Positions 20,462 to 31,316 of a stretch of 64,000 nucleotides of DNA are shown one piece after another. The stretch is taken from assembly GCA_965214705.1 (NCBI GenBank), contig OZ243972.1, forward strand, positions 2,848,001-2,912,000, given 5' to 3'. The notes under the pieces are model-generated. The model worked only from the letters and a program-made list of their open reading frames with translations. It made no database searches and was not told the DNA's origin. Numbering within the stretch: position 1 is the first letter of the stretch; every line of letters starts with the position of its first letter. A program made the position numbers and the translations under genes. The stretch is from Alphaproteobacteria bacterium (GTDB lineage Bacteria; Pseudomonadota; Alphaproteobacteria; UBA828).

Positions 20462-20605
20462 GGGGCGCGACCATAGCGACTGGCGCGCGCATCGCATAGG
20501 CGGGCACCCATGACGCGACGCATGGCATCTCAACTGGGGCTGTAGCCGGCACCGGCTCGGTGGCATCATTGCGCCGCAACACGCGCTGACGAAGGGGAGG
20601 GCGGC

Positions 20606-21646
20606 ATGCCGGGCAATCACGTCGATCTCAGGAGCGATACGGTCACGCGGCCGACGGCGGCCATGCGTCAAGCCATGGCCGAGGCCGAGGTCGGCGACGA
20701 GCAGCGCGGCGAGGACCCCACCGTCAACGCGCTCCAGTCGCGCGTGGCCGAGCTGCTGGGCAAGGAGGCGGGAGTCTTCCTGCCCTCCGGCAGCATGTGC
20801 AACGAGATCGCGTTGCTGGTGCACTGCCGCCCCGGCGAGGAGGTGATCTGCGACCGCACGGCGCACATCATCACGTCGGAAGGCGGCGGCCCGGCGGCGC
20901 TCGCCGGTGCCATGGTGCGCCCCCTCGACGGCGAGGCCGGCGTCTATTCGCCGGAGCAGCTCGCCGATGCGGTCCGCGCCGTGACCCGCTACGCGCCGCG
21001 CTCGCGGCTCGCCGTGGTCGAGCAGACCTCGAATCAGGGCGGCGGCACGATCTGGCCGCTGGAGACCATCGAGGCGGTGGGCGAGGCGGCCAGCGCGCAT
21101 GGGCTGCTCCTGCACATGGATGGCGCGCGGCTCCTCAACGCGGTGGTCGAAACGGGCGTGGACGCGGCCCGCTACGCCGCTCCCTTCGATTCCGTCTGGG
21201 TGGACTTCAGCAAGGGCCTCGGCTGCCCGGTCGGCGCCGTGCTCGCCGGCTCCGCCGAGTTCATCGAGGCCGCGTGGCAGTGGAAGCAGCGCCTCGGCGG
21301 CTCCATGCGCCAGTCCGGCATTCTCGCCGCCGCCGGGCTCTACGCGCTCGACCACAATGTCGCGCGCCTCGCCGAGGATCACGCCAACGCCCGCAGCCTC
21401 GCCGACAAGGTGCGCACGCTGTCGCAGCTCAGCCTCGACCAGCGGCGGGTCGACAGCAATCTGGTCTTCTTCGATTGCACCGAGACCGGGCTGAGCGCGT
21501 CCGATCTATCGGAGGCGCTGCGGGCCAAGGGTGTGCTGATCGGCGCCGTGGGCCGCCACCGGCTGCGTGCGGTCACGCACCTCGATGTCGATGCGGCGGC
21601 GGTCGATGCGGCAGGCGAGGTGCTGGAGGCGGTGGTCGGCGGGTAG
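20606..21646 (+). CDS. ltaE: Low-specificity L-threonine aldolase
   Basis: '[11 protein letters not shown]', 'EDPTV', 'HMDGARL', 'SKGLGCPVG', 'GGSMRQSG'. Confidence 0.93.
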   Translation: MPGNHVDLRSDTVTRPTAAMRQAMAEAEVGDEQRGEDPTVNALQSRVAELLGKEAGVFLPSGSMCNEIALLVHCRPGEEVICDRTAHIITSEGGGPAALAGAMVRPLDGEAGVYSPEQLADAVRAVTRYAPRSRLAVVEQTSNQGGGTIWPLETIEAVGEAASAHGLLLHMDGARLLNAVVETGVDAARYAAPFDSVWVDFSKGLGCPVGAVLAGSAEFIEAAWQWKQRLGGSMRQSGILAAAGLYALDHNVARLAEDHANARSLADKVRTLSQLSLDQRRVDSNLVFFDCTETGLSASDLSEALRAKGVLIGAVGRHRLRAVTHLDVDAAAVDAAGEVLEAVVGG

Positions 21647-21676
21647 GGGAAGGGGCCTGCAACGCTCCGTCTGGTG

Positions 21677-22309
21677 TCAGCGCAGATACAGCCCCAGGTA
21701 CTGCCGGATCGCCTTCTCCTGGCTCGCGTTGTAGTCGTGAAGTAGCGCCCGCACGACCTCGTCGTAAGTCCGTTCGCGCTCTGCGAGCGTGATACCTTCC
21801 AGCAGCGTGCGGGAGCGCCGGGCATCGGCTGTGGCGCTGCCGTTGACTTCACCGCTCTCGTCGATCGCCTCGATCGTCACGCGCAGCCGCACGTCCAACC
21901 GCTCGGCCTGCTCCTCCGTGAACAGGCCCTTGAGGTCGGTATTGGTCTTGAGCGGCGTGATCCTGGCGCTGGCTCTCTCGATCGTTACCCGCAGCAGGCC
22001 GAGGTCTCCGCTCGTCCGCAGCCGGTCCTCTACCCAGAGCCGCGCGGCGACAGCCGGCGGTGTCGAGAAGAGGTGGTCGACGTCGGAGGGGTGCGGCGTG
22101 GACCTGCGCTCGACGACCTTGATCCCGCCCAGGTCGAACACCAGCGGCGGCAGTGCCGCGAAGGAGAGGGGCTCGCTCTCATAGCTCGGCGGCGGCTGGC
22201 AGGCGGCGACGATCGCCGTCACCGCAAGCATTGCGGCTCCGGCGAGACCCGCCCGCGCGAGACCGCGCCGCGATAGCGGAAGACGTTTCCCCAACCTCTT
22301 GCCGTTCAC
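21677..22309 (-). CDS. Putative lipoprotein; start uncertain
   Basis: 'SRR' followed by a hydrophobic stretch and lipobox 'VAAC'. Confidence 0.7.
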   Translation of the reverse strand: MNGKRLGKRLPLSRRGLARAGLAGAAMLAVTAIVAACQPPPSYESEPLSFAALPPLVFDLGGIKVVERRSTPHPSDVDHLFSTPPAVAARLWVEDRLRTSGDLGLLRVTIERASARITPLKTNTDLKGLFTEEQAERLDVRLRVTIEAIDESGEVNGSATADARRSRTLLEGITLAERERTYDEVVRALLHDYNASQEKAIRQYLGLYLR

Positions 22310-22491
22310 ACTGTGCCTCCTCTGACGGCGGCCATTTTCATGCGTGACCGCGAATCGACCCATGACGTTGCTGCCATAGGTGCGCACCGGCGCCCCGCAA
22401 TTCAAGTCGGGACGAGAGACGAGAGGCACGAGGAATGGCCCGCACGGTGCGCGCTGCGCTACACTTGGCCGCGGCGACGGAGAGGCGCGCC

Positions 22492-23295
22492 ATGATGCCG
22501 ACGCAAGCCGAAATCGAGGCCTATCGCACCGACGGGGTGGTGTGCCTGCGCGACGTGATCGACCAGGACTGGATCGAGCGGCTGCGCGAGGGCGTCGCCG
22601 CCGACATGGCGGCACCCGGCCCCCATGTCGAGATCTACACCGAGGACTCCGACCCCGGCCTCTTCTTCAACGACTTCGACCTCTGGCGCCATGTGCCGCA
22701 GATGAAGGCGTTCGCCCTGGAGGGTCCATGCGCCGGGATCGCCGCTGCGCTCTCAGGCGCATCCACCATCACGTTCTTCTACGACCAGGTGTTCGTGAAG
22801 GAGCCCGGCACCGAGGGCCTCACCCAGTGGCACCAGGACCAGCCCTACATGGCGGTGGACGGCCAGCAGTTCTGCTCCAACTGGATCCCGCTCGACCCCA
22901 TCACGCCGGAGACCACGCTGGAGTTCGTGAGGGGCTCCCACCTCTGGGGGCGCTGGTTCGCGCCCTTCGACAGCATGCTGGACGGCGCCCGTCATCCCGG
23001 CACCGCGTTCGAGCGCTGCCCGGATATCGAGGCCGCGCGCGAGGACTACGACATTGTCTCGTGGGACCTGGAGCCCGGAGACTGCATCTTCTTCCAGGGG
23101 CTGATCGTGCACCAGGGCCGCAATAACCCCACGCGGGATACGCGCCGCCGCACCCTGACCCACCGCTGGCTCGGCGACGACATCCGCTTCGTCCTGCGCG
23201 ATCCGCCGGCCGAGTTCCCCAAGCATCCCACCGCGCTCCGCGCCGGCCAGCCCTTCCACGAAGACTCGCAGTACCCGGTCGTCTGGCGGGCGTAA
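22492..23295 (+). CDS. Phytanoyl-CoA dioxygenase (PhyH) family Fe/2OG enzyme
   Basis: 'VKEPG..T.WHQD', 'WIPLD', 'RGSH', 'PGD.IFF...VH'. Confidence 0.9.
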   Translation: MMPTQAEIEAYRTDGVVCLRDVIDQDWIERLREGVAADMAAPGPHVEIYTEDSDPGLFFNDFDLWRHVPQMKAFALEGPCAGIAAALSGASTITFFYDQVFVKEPGTEGLTQWHQDQPYMAVDGQQFCSNWIPLDPITPETTLEFVRGSHLWGRWFAPFDSMLDGARHPGTAFERCPDIEAAREDYDIVSWDLEPGDCIFFQGLIVHQGRNNPTRDTRRRTLTHRWLGDDIRFVLRDPPAEFPKHPTALRAGQPFHEDSQYPVVWRA

Positions 23296-23366
23296 GCCTG
23301 GCCGGCCCGCTTTCCCGCCGCTTTGTGATCTGATAGGGACGACGCACGGTCACGAAGGAGCGGGCG

Positions 23367-24035
23367 ATGGGCGACGGAACCGGCGAGTTGGTCATGGTCC
23401 ACACGGTGGCGGGGCTGATCGATCTGTTCGACGAACTGCGTGCCGAGATCGATCCCGAGGTTCCGGTGCGCCATGTGGTTCAGGCAGCGCTGCTGACTGA
23501 CGCGATCGACGAGGGCGGACTGACCGACGAGATCAGGGCGCGTACGAGAGACGCGCTGCTGCAGGAAACCAACGGCGCCGCGCTCGTGCTCTGCACGTGC
23601 TCCACCGTCGGCCCCGGCGCCGACGACGCGGCGGCGCGGGCGGACGTGCCGATCCTCCGGGTGGACCGGCCAATGGCCGAGGCGGCGGTGGCGGCCGGCC
23701 GGCGCATCACCGTTGCCGCGACGCTCGCCACCACCATCAGGCCCACCGCTGATCTGGTCGCAGACGCCGCGCGCCGCGCCGGCAAGGAGGTGGAGATCGA
23801 CTCGGTCGTCTTCGCCGAGGCCCGCGCCCGGCTGGTGGCGGGCGATGCGGAAGGCCACGAGCGCATCATCGCCGACGGCCTGCACGAGGCGGCTTCTTCG
23901 GCCGACGCCATCGTGCTCGCCCAGGCCTCCATGACCCCGGCGCTCGTTCGCTGCGCCGACATCGAGGTGCCGCTCCTGACCAGCCCCCGCTCAGGGCTCG
24001 AAGCCGCCATCGCGCGCTACCGCGCGGCGGCGTAG
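23367..24035 (+). CDS. Asp/Glu/hydantoin racemase-like protein
   Basis: 'VHT', 'LCTCST', 'RVDRPM', 'IVLAQASM', 'TSP'. Confidence 0.75.
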   Translation: MGDGTGELVMVHTVAGLIDLFDELRAEIDPEVPVRHVVQAALLTDAIDEGGLTDEIRARTRDALLQETNGAALVLCTCSTVGPGADDAAARADVPILRVDRPMAEAAVAAGRRITVAATLATTIRPTADLVADAARRAGKEVEIDSVVFAEARARLVAGDAEGHERIIADGLHEAASSADAIVLAQASMTPALVRCADIEVPLLTSPRSGLEAAIARYRAAA

Positions 24036-24066
24036 CGGCGCTGGGGCACGAAAGGCGAGGGGGCCG

Positions 24067-24546
24067 ATGCCCGCGGCCAAGACGCTCTATCTGGCGAACC
24101 CCTACGGCTTCTCCGCCCAGCAGAAGGACGGGCCGCTGCAGGCGCTGGTCGCGGCGCTGGAGGCGCTCGGCGCGGAGGTATGGGAGCCCTTCGCCCGCAA
24201 CAACCAGATCGACAAGGCCACTGCCGGCTGGGCCTATCGGATCGGCCAGGCCGACCTGCGCGACGTGCGCGATGCCGACGGCATCTTCGCCGTGGTCAAC
24301 GGCTGCCCGCCGGACGAAGGCGTGATGGTGGAGCTCGGCATGGCCATCGCCTGGGAGAAGGCGGTGTTCCTGTTCCGCGACGATTTTCGGCGCTGCACCG
24401 ACAGCGAGGCTTATCCGCTCAACCTGATGGTGTTCACCGGCCTGCCCGAGATCGGTTGGGAGGACTACTGGTACGGCTCGGTGGACGAGATCGCCGATCC
24501 CGACAAGGCGCTCGCCCGCTGGCTTAAGGATGCCCAGCCGGCCTAG
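24067..24546 (+). CDS. Nucleoside 2-deoxyribosyltransferase family protein
   Basis: 'YLANPYGFS', 'PDEGVMVELGMA', 'LNLM'. Confidence 0.88.
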   Translation: MPAAKTLYLANPYGFSAQQKDGPLQALVAALEALGAEVWEPFARNNQIDKATAGWAYRIGQADLRDVRDADGIFAVVNGCPPDEGVMVELGMAIAWEKAVFLFRDDFRRCTDSEAYPLNLMVFTGLPEIGWEDYWYGSVDEIADPDKALARWLKDAQPA

Positions 24547-26192
24547 CCCGGATTTCTCACGAGCGTCCATCGTTGGGTTGTTTGGTGTTTGTCGTGGGTT
24601 TGGTTAGAGAGTTGCGGTGTGGGCCGGGTAATGGCGCAGGAGTGGCGGTGGCGCCGGGGGCGCGGTTGAGGCTGGAGCGGGTTTTTGGTTGTTGGCGGGA
24701 GGGTGGCAGCGGGCCTGAGGCTCGGCTCAGGTGCATAATCGGGCGTGAGCACGTGCGAACTCGGGCGCGTGGGGTGCGCCTGAGGCCATGGCGATGCGGA
24801 TGCGGCGGGTACTCAGGCGGACCTGGGCGCCGATCTTCAGCAGCTTGAGGCGGATCGAGCCGCAGGTAGCGCGGGTAAGGCGAGTTCCGGCGAGCGCGAT
24901 GCGCCTGAGCGCTGCGAGCAGCACGTAGGCCATGGCGGCGAACCAGAGACGGAGCTGGTTGGCGCGCATGGTCTGAGCCGAGGTGCGGTCGGCGAAGAGG
25001 TCGAGCTGGCACTCCTTGATGCGGTTCTCCATGTCGCCGCGGGCGCAGTAGAGGGTCTCGTAGAGTTCCCGCCGGTCGATGGCGGCCGCGCTCAGCGAGG
25101 TGACGACGAAGCGGGGGTTGGCGCGGCCCGGCATCCACTCCGCCTTGCCGACGACACGGCGCGGGCGCGACCAAGTCTTGCACGTGCGGTAGCGGAACTC
25201 GGTGAACAGCCGCGCCGGCTGGCCGCTCTCCCGCGAGCGGGCTTCGGCCAGGTCCAGGGCCGGTTGCAGGCGGTCCGTGAGCCGCGGGTTCCGGGCGAGC
25301 CCGAAGACATAGTCCACCCCGTTCGCCTCGCACCAGGCCATCAGTCCCTCGCGGGCGAAGCCAGAGTCTGCGCGCAGCACGATCTCGACGGCGGGCCAGC
25401 GGGCGCGGATGCGCGCGACGATGCGCGCCACCTCTTCGGCCGCGCCGGCGCTGGCGTCGATGTCGGCCCGCCTCAGCTTGGCGGCCAGCAGGTGATCGCC
25501 GCAGAAGATGTAGAGCGGCAGGTAGCAGTAGCAGTCGTAGTAGCCGTGGAAGAAGCGGCCTTCCTGATGGCCGTGCAGCGGGTCGTCGGTGGCGTCCAGA
25601 TCGAGGACCAACCGCTCAGGGGCCTGCCCGTGGGCGTCGAGGAAGAGATCGACGAAGAGCGTCTCGATCGCCTCAGGCTCATGACCGATCCGGCGATAGC
25701 GATGGGCGCCCGAAGGCGCGTGCTCCAGCCGGTTCAGCGTCGACTTGCCCGCAAGCGGCGCACAGCCCGCACGCCCGGCCTCCAAACGCCCCAGCACCAC
25801 CCCCAGCACGGGGTCGTGGCGCAGCGCGTCGTGGTCGATCAAGTCCTCGTAGCCCAGCGCGATCCCGAACACCCGCTGGCCCACCAGGGTGGCAACGTCG
25901 TGCACCACACGAGAGGCCGCGCGCCCGTCCGAGAAGCAGGCGGCGAAGCAATCCACCAGTCCGATCGCCCGGTCCGTGGCGCCCAGCAGCAGGGCGCCCG
26001 CGTCCGAGGTCATCACCCCGCCGCCGAAGTCGGCCACCACATCACGCCCGTTCAGGCGTGCAAACTGCATCGCGGGCGGGCTACACTCTGCAGGCATCGG
26101 GGAACTCCTCTGCAGCCGGTGAAGTCTTTGTTGCAGAAGAACTTTCTCACGAGCAGAGCCCCGATGCACACCATACTTGTGAGAAATCCGGG
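24547..26192 (-). mobile_element. IS1380-family insertion sequence
   Basis: Terminal IRs CCCGGATTTCTCAC / GTGAGAAATCCGGG; left flank CTAG, right flank CTGC (target duplication imperfect). Confidence 0.9.
24727..26097 (-). CDS. IS1380-family transposase
   Basis: 'FGGGVMTSDAG', 'LDLDATDDPLHGHQEG', 'RADSGF', 'YCARGDMENRIKE'. Confidence 0.95.
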   Translation of the reverse strand: MPAECSPPAMQFARLNGRDVVADFGGGVMTSDAGALLLGATDRAIGLVDCFAACFSDGRAASRVVHDVATLVGQRVFGIALGYEDLIDHDALRHDPVLGVVLGRLEAGRAGCAPLAGKSTLNRLEHAPSGAHRYRRIGHEPEAIETLFVDLFLDAHGQAPERLVLDLDATDDPLHGHQEGRFFHGYYDCYCYLPLYIFCGDHLLAAKLRRADIDASAGAAEEVARIVARIRARWPAVEIVLRADSGFAREGLMAWCEANGVDYVFGLARNPRLTDRLQPALDLAEARSRESGQPARLFTEFRYRTCKTWSRPRRVVGKAEWMPGRANPRFVVTSLSAAAIDRRELYETLYCARGDMENRIKECQLDLFADRTSAQTMRANQLRLWFAAMAYVLLAALRRIALAGTRLTRATCGSIRLKLLKIGAQVRLSTRRIRIAMASGAPHAPEFARAHARLCT

Positions 26193-26356
26193 CTGCGTCC
26201 GTCGATCACGGACGCGCGACCGGCTGCACCCGCGGCCCGTCGCCCCTGCGGCTTCCGTGGTCTTGCTGACACCCTTCAACTAACATTCGAGCCGAACCGT
26301 CCCATGGAAGCCGGGCGCATTGGCGTGCGGCCCGACGAGGAACGAAAGGCCAGACC

Positions 26357-26803
26357 ATGAAGCAGATCAGTTACGTCATCCAGTTTCGCGGAAGTGCGGG
26401 CCCCAAGGAGGGTGTGGAAGGTGTCTTGAGCGCCTCGACGAGCGGGTCAGCGTCGAGGATTTCCACGGCCGTGGACGACAGCGCGGTTGACGCCACCATC
26501 GAGGCCATCGCGGGTAACAGCGTGAGCTTCGAATCGGACGTCTTTCCCAATGAGGATGGCAGCTTCACGGAGTCGGGTACGATCGACTTCGGCGGAGGCA
26601 ACAGCTTCACCTTCAGCACGCGTGGAACAGGGGCGATGGGGCCGAGCGCAGATTCGAACCTGACGCACGGCGGGATCTCCTGGCAGGTCGATTCCGGCGC
26701 CGGCATATTCGAAGGCGCGACCGGGATTATCACCTCCAATTTCACGGTAAGCGGCAGTGGCGAGGTGGTCGACAACCAGTGGGGCGTGATCTTCTTGAAG
26801 TAG
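26357..26803 (+). CDS. Hypothetical beta-rich protein
   Basis: 148-aa ORF with RBS; 'WQVDSGAGIFEGATG' motif. Confidence 0.7.
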   Translation: MKQISYVIQFRGSAGPKEGVEGVLSASTSGSASRISTAVDDSAVDATIEAIAGNSVSFESDVFPNEDGSFTESGTIDFGGGNSFTFSTRGTGAMGPSADSNLTHGGISWQVDSGAGIFEGATGIITSNFTVSGSGEVVDNQWGVIFLK

Positions 26804-26850
26804 TGTCGCACCCGCCGGCGAGCGACAGCCGAACGGATTGAGGCGGACTC

Positions 26851-27201
26851 ATGTGCGCGTTCTGCACCATGTTCTCGAGCGGGCCTCACTGGACCGAGGC
26901 GGGCACGGACGTGGGGCGCAGCGGGGTCGCGCCGGTGGGCAATGCGAGATTTGTCGACCGCGCCTATCGTCTGAAACTCATCAACAAGATTCTGCGTCAC
27001 TACGGCTGCAAGGTCGACGACTGGGCCGGCGGTCAATACTTGGTGCACAGTCATCGCGGACGGACGGAAGTCGTCGAGCAGCTGCCGCAAATCTGGATGA
27101 CGGTCGAGGCCATCGCCATGAAGCCGGTCGACCCGCTCGATCCGCAGCTCCTCTCGCTGCTCGGCGAAGCCGGGCCCGTGACACGGAGCGAGACCGCGTA
27201 G
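26851..27201 (+). CDS. Conserved hypothetical protein (MCxxC...HW N-terminus)
   Basis: GAGG RBS; 'MCAFC..HWTE', C-terminal 'DPLDP'. Confidence 0.7.
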   Translation: MCAFCTMFSSGPHWTEAGTDVGRSGVAPVGNARFVDRAYRLKLINKILRHYGCKVDDWAGGQYLVHSHRGRTEVVEQLPQIWMTVEAIAMKPVDPLDPQLLSLLGEAGPVTRSETA

Positions 27202-27323
27202 GCGACCAAACGGACGTTCCGAGGGCGCGGAGGCGGATCCGCGATGGGCGAGGGCCCAGTTCGCGGGATCCGCCTCTCGATTGCACCCGGACGAAAAAAC
27301 TGTCGTCGGCGAACTCTCGCCAG

Positions 27324-28202
27324 CTAGCGCGGGTTGCGCGCCCGGAAACCGTCGCAGATCTCCTTCAGGGTCACGAATCGAACGCCCTCGTGGCAACGCA
27401 TGTGATCGATCAGCCGCTCCAGCATCATCAGCATTTGCGGATGGCCCGATGCGTCGGGGTGCAGACAAGCGTTGTAGATGCCGTAATCGCAGTTGCGGTA
27501 CACCCAATCGAACTGATCCGTCCACATCTGACCGATGGAGCGCGGGCTGACCCAACCGTGGCTATTCGGGAATTTCTTCACGAACATGACCGGCGGCGCG
27601 TCGTCCAGATACCAACTGCAGGGGATCTCGATAAGGTCGGTTTCCGTCCCCCTCTGCCACGGCTTCATCCACGTCTCTGCCGGCTGCGAATAGTCGATTT
27701 TGGTCCAGCTGTCGTCTCGCCGGAGATAATAGGGAGAATGATCGTTCTCCATCAGACTGTGGTCGTACTCGATGCCCTTTTCCAGGAGCAAGTCGATGGT
27801 GTTGGGGCTCAGTTCCCACCAAGGTGCGGAGTAACCCTTGGGCGGTTTGCCGCACAAATCGACGACCAGATCGAATGTCTTGTTCAGGATGGCCTGCTCC
27901 TGTTCCCTGGTCATAGCCAGAGGATTTTCGTGGGTATATCCATGCAGGCCCAACTCGTGCCCGGCTTGAACGACCATCTCCGACTCCTTGGGAAAACTCT
28001 CGATCGAATGACCGGTAATGTTCCACGTGGTCGTGATGTCGTACTTGTTGAGCAGATCGAGCAGACGAGGCGTACCCACTTGGGCTGCGTGAACGCCGCG
28101 TGAAATATCGCATGGCGAGTCCTCACCACCGAAAGACCCGATCCAAAGCGAAACGGCGTCGAAGTGGACGTTGAAGCAGACCTGAATGTCCTTGTCCGGC
28201 AT
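27324..28202 (-). CDS. Polysaccharide deacetylase (CE4; PuuE/HpPgdA-like)
   Basis: 'FDAVS', 'VGTPRLL', 'GHELGLHGYTHE', 'APWWE', 'WYLDD', 'HPD.SG'. Confidence 0.92.
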   Translation of the reverse strand: MPDKDIQVCFNVHFDAVSLWIGSFGGEDSPCDISRGVHAAQVGTPRLLDLLNKYDITTTWNITGHSIESFPKESEMVVQAGHELGLHGYTHENPLAMTREQEQAILNKTFDLVVDLCGKPPKGYSAPWWELSPNTIDLLLEKGIEYDHSLMENDHSPYYLRRDDSWTKIDYSQPAETWMKPWQRGTETDLIEIPCSWYLDDAPPVMFVKKFPNSHGWVSPRSIGQMWTDQFDWVYRNCDYGIYNACLHPDASGHPQMLMMLERLIDHMRCHEGVRFVTLKEICDGFRARNPR

Positions 28203-28688
28203 GTGTCTCTCCCCGGTTAGCGATCGACCAGGCGCCTCAGGATTGTCCGGGCGCTCCTCGGAGCCGCTCTAAGCGACCACAGTTCATTGCACTACAGAAC
28301 GAACACACACGCAATCGGTGTCCATGGAAGGGCGAAGCGATTCGGACCACGAGGCCATGCCGCCGAAATGACGACCGCAGCGCGGAAGACCTGCCCTGGC
28401 GGGCCGTCCCATGCAAGCATCCGCACCTCGCCGCCAATCTGGCCCCGACGGCCGGTTCAGCGTCAGACAGCGTGCCGGAGCTCTTGTAACGATACGAGCC
28501 TGCCCTTGATCCTCATCTGCGCCGCAGCTTAGGATGTGCTGGGAGGGTCGGCCCCCGTCACCATGACTTTACATTGGCGGCAAGACCACCGATTGATAGG
28601 CGAAGTTCGCGGCCACGCGCCGAAGCCAAGCGGCGGACCTGCGGCCGAATCGGACGATTGGCCCCGGAGTCTTCAAGGAGATTGAACC

Positions 28689-29591
28689 ATGTCCAGGAAC
28701 GTCTCGATCGCAGCGTGTCAGTTCGTTGTCAGGCCCGTCGGCAGCTTTGACGAATTTGCGGCTCATGCGCGCGGGCTATTGGACCAGGCGAAGGGTGCCG
28801 ATCTGGTGTTGTTTCCGGAGCTCTTTACGGTCGAACTGTTTACGACGTTCCCGGACTGGAAGGACTTGCCGGTTTCCGAGTTGACCCGCGTTCATCAATA
28901 CGGGAACACAAATTATACCGAGGATTACCGCCAGCTATTCGAGAGCGAAGCCAAAGAGCGTGGGCAGCACATCGTTGCCGGCTCCCATCTGGAACTGAAA
29001 GACGGAAGATACCTTAACGTTGCCTATCTTTACGGTCCCGACGGGCTGATTCATATGCATGACAAAACGCACATCTTCCCGGCTGAGGCGCAATGGTCGA
29101 CCGAGGAAGGCGATACGGTCGAGATGGTCGAGCTCCCGTTCGCCAAGGTCGGATTCAACGTGTGCTACGAGACGGAAATTCCGGAGTGTGCCGCAACTCT
29201 GGTCGAGCAAGGTGCCGAGATCATCTTGTGCCCCTCCTTCACCTTCACGGAGTACGGATTCTGGCGCGTCCGTCACTGCGCCCAGGCGCGTGCGATCGAG
29301 AATCAGGTGTATTTCGTGCATTGCGCGACGGGTGCCGACGTGCCCTCCGACGGGCCGCTGCCGCCCGGCTGGACGCGCAGCTCCATCCTGAGCCCTTGTG
29401 ACACTCCTTGGGCTGCTCCTAACGGCGTCGTCGCAGAATCGCCCGAGGCCAACATCGAGACGGTGGTGCACGGCGTGGTCGATCTCGACAAGATCTACGA
29501 GAATCGCGAGAACGGCGTCGCACCGACCTTCCGGGATCGCCGTCGGCGCGCGAATCTTTACAGAGAGTGGCCTTCGCACATGAATGCGTAG
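28689..29591 (+). CDS. Nitrilase/carbon-nitrogen hydrolase family enzyme
   Basis: Glu-Lys-Cys triad 'FPELF', 'DKTH', 'VCYETE'; 'ARAIENQ'. Confidence 0.92.
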   Translation: MSRNVSIAACQFVVRPVGSFDEFAAHARGLLDQAKGADLVLFPELFTVELFTTFPDWKDLPVSELTRVHQYGNTNYTEDYRQLFESEAKERGQHIVAGSHLELKDGRYLNVAYLYGPDGLIHMHDKTHIFPAEAQWSTEEGDTVEMVELPFAKVGFNVCYETEIPECAATLVEQGAEIILCPSFTFTEYGFWRVRHCAQARAIENQVYFVHCATGADVPSDGPLPPGWTRSSILSPCDTPWAAPNGVVAESPEANIETVVHGVVDLDKIYENRENGVAPTFRDRRRRANLYREWPSHMNA

Positions 29592-29753
29592 GCTCGGCGC
29601 GCAAGTGCGACAGCGAGCGGGCTGTTTGCAATCGTCGCCTCGACGCATAAGGGCCGTCCCCTGCGCGGCTCGTAGCCGCCCCCCGAACCGGGTATCTGCC
29701 GTGGCGCATGACGCGGTCGGCACCGTGCGTCCGTCGAGAGACTCGGCACCGTC

Positions 29754-31031
29754 ATGATTCTCTTCCGCAACTGTTCCATCGTCGATGCGGCCCTGCCGGA
29801 GGCGCGCGAGGGCTACGACGTGCTGGTGGAGAACGAGCGTATCCGGGAGGTGTCGGATACGAGGCTCGAGGTTCACGGCGCCTGGGAAGTGGCCGTCGAT
29901 GGCCGCACGTTGATGCCGGGGCTCATCGATGCCCACGCGCATGTGATCCTCGGCAGCTACAATCTCCGGGAACTCGAGGATGTCGCGCCCACGTTGATGA
30001 CCGCGCGAGCGGCACAAGTCATGCGCGGCATGCTCGATCGGGGCTTTACCAGCATACGGGACGCGGGCGGCGCCGATTGGGGCCTGGCGAAGGCTGTGGA
30101 CGACGGCCTCCTCGCGGGGCCGCGCCTCTTCATCTCAGGCCGTGCCCTCAGCCAGACCGGCGGCCACGGGGATTTTCGCCGGAGGACGCAAGACTTCGTC
30201 GAGCCCTGCCTCTGCGGGCATCCTCTGCACTTCTCGTCCCGCATTGCCGACGGTCTCGAGGCCGTCCTCTCTGCAACGCGGGACGAGCTGCGCAAGGGGG
30301 CCTGCCAGATCAAGGTCATGGCCTCGGGAGGCGTCGCCTCGCCCCACGATCCGCTCAAAAGAACCCAGTTCTCCAAGGAAGAGCTTCGCGCGATCGTTCG
30401 AGAGGCGGAAGCCTGGGGCACCTACGTGATGGCACACGCCTATACGGCCGAAGCCGCCGTTCACGCGGTCTCTTGCGGCGTTCGCTCCATAGAGCACGGC
30501 AATCTGATCGATCGAGAGGCAGCGTCTTTCATGGCGGCGGAAGGGGCTTATCTCGTGCCGACCCTTTCCACTTATGAAGGGATGCGTCGGCACCGGGCGG
30601 AGCTGCGTCTGGGCGAAGCCAGCCTTCAAAAGCTTCAGTCCGTTCTGGAGGCGGGCTTCGCGGCCATCGAATTTGCGACCGAGGCCGGCGTGCCAATCGG
30701 GTTCGGCTGCGACCTGCTCGGGCCCCTGTACCACTTGCAGCCGTTGGAGCTGGCTCTGCGCGCCGAGGTCGAGGGTGCGCACGACGTGATTACCGCAGCG
30801 ACCAAAACCAACGCCGGCCTTCTCGGCCGGGACGATCTTGGCGTGATTGCCCCCGGTGCGCTCGCCGACATCCTGATCGTCGACGGTGACCCGCTTCGTG
30901 ATTTGAGCGTGTTCGACGAGAAGGGACGAAAACTTCCGGCAATCATGAAGGGCGGCGTCTTTCACAAGAACGAACTGACCACGACCTATCGCGATGCGCA
31001 GATCGTGCCTGCCGGACCACCGGTCGGCTGA
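29754..31031 (+). CDS. Metal-dependent amidohydrolase (prolidase-like subgroup)
   Basis: 'MPGLIDAHAH', 'SQTGGHGD', 'IKVMASGGV', 'AHAY', 'IEHG'. Confidence 0.93.
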   Translation: MILFRNCSIVDAALPEAREGYDVLVENERIREVSDTRLEVHGAWEVAVDGRTLMPGLIDAHAHVILGSYNLRELEDVAPTLMTARAAQVMRGMLDRGFTSIRDAGGADWGLAKAVDDGLLAGPRLFISGRALSQTGGHGDFRRRTQDFVEPCLCGHPLHFSSRIADGLEAVLSATRDELRKGACQIKVMASGGVASPHDPLKRTQFSKEELRAIVREAEAWGTYVMAHAYTAEAAVHAVSCGVRSIEHGNLIDREAASFMAAEGAYLVPTLSTYEGMRRHRAELRLGEASLQKLQSVLEAGFAAIEFATEAGVPIGFGCDLLGPLYHLQPLELALRAEVEGAHDVITAATKTNAGLLGRDDLGVIAPGALADILIVDGDPLRDLSVFDEKGRKLPAIMKGGVFHKNELTTTYRDAQIVPAGPPVG

Positions 31032-31316
31032 CGTGCCGATCGTTCGTGTGTCCTGCCCCGAGCGTCAGGGCCCGTAAGGGACAGACACCAACAAACAGCG
31101 TTTGCGAACGCAGCGGACGAACGCGTATCATCCTTGCCGATCAGGATATGGGTGCGGCCATGAGACGACCGCGCCGATGAGGGAGGAGATAACGGTCGTT
31201 TACGCTTGCGCCTCTGCTGAACAAAAGTGTTGGTAATGATAGTGGAGACAATTGCCGAAACGATCGGTGCCGATGACAAAGGGGAGGCAAACTAGATGCT
31301 TATCAAATCAGGGCTG

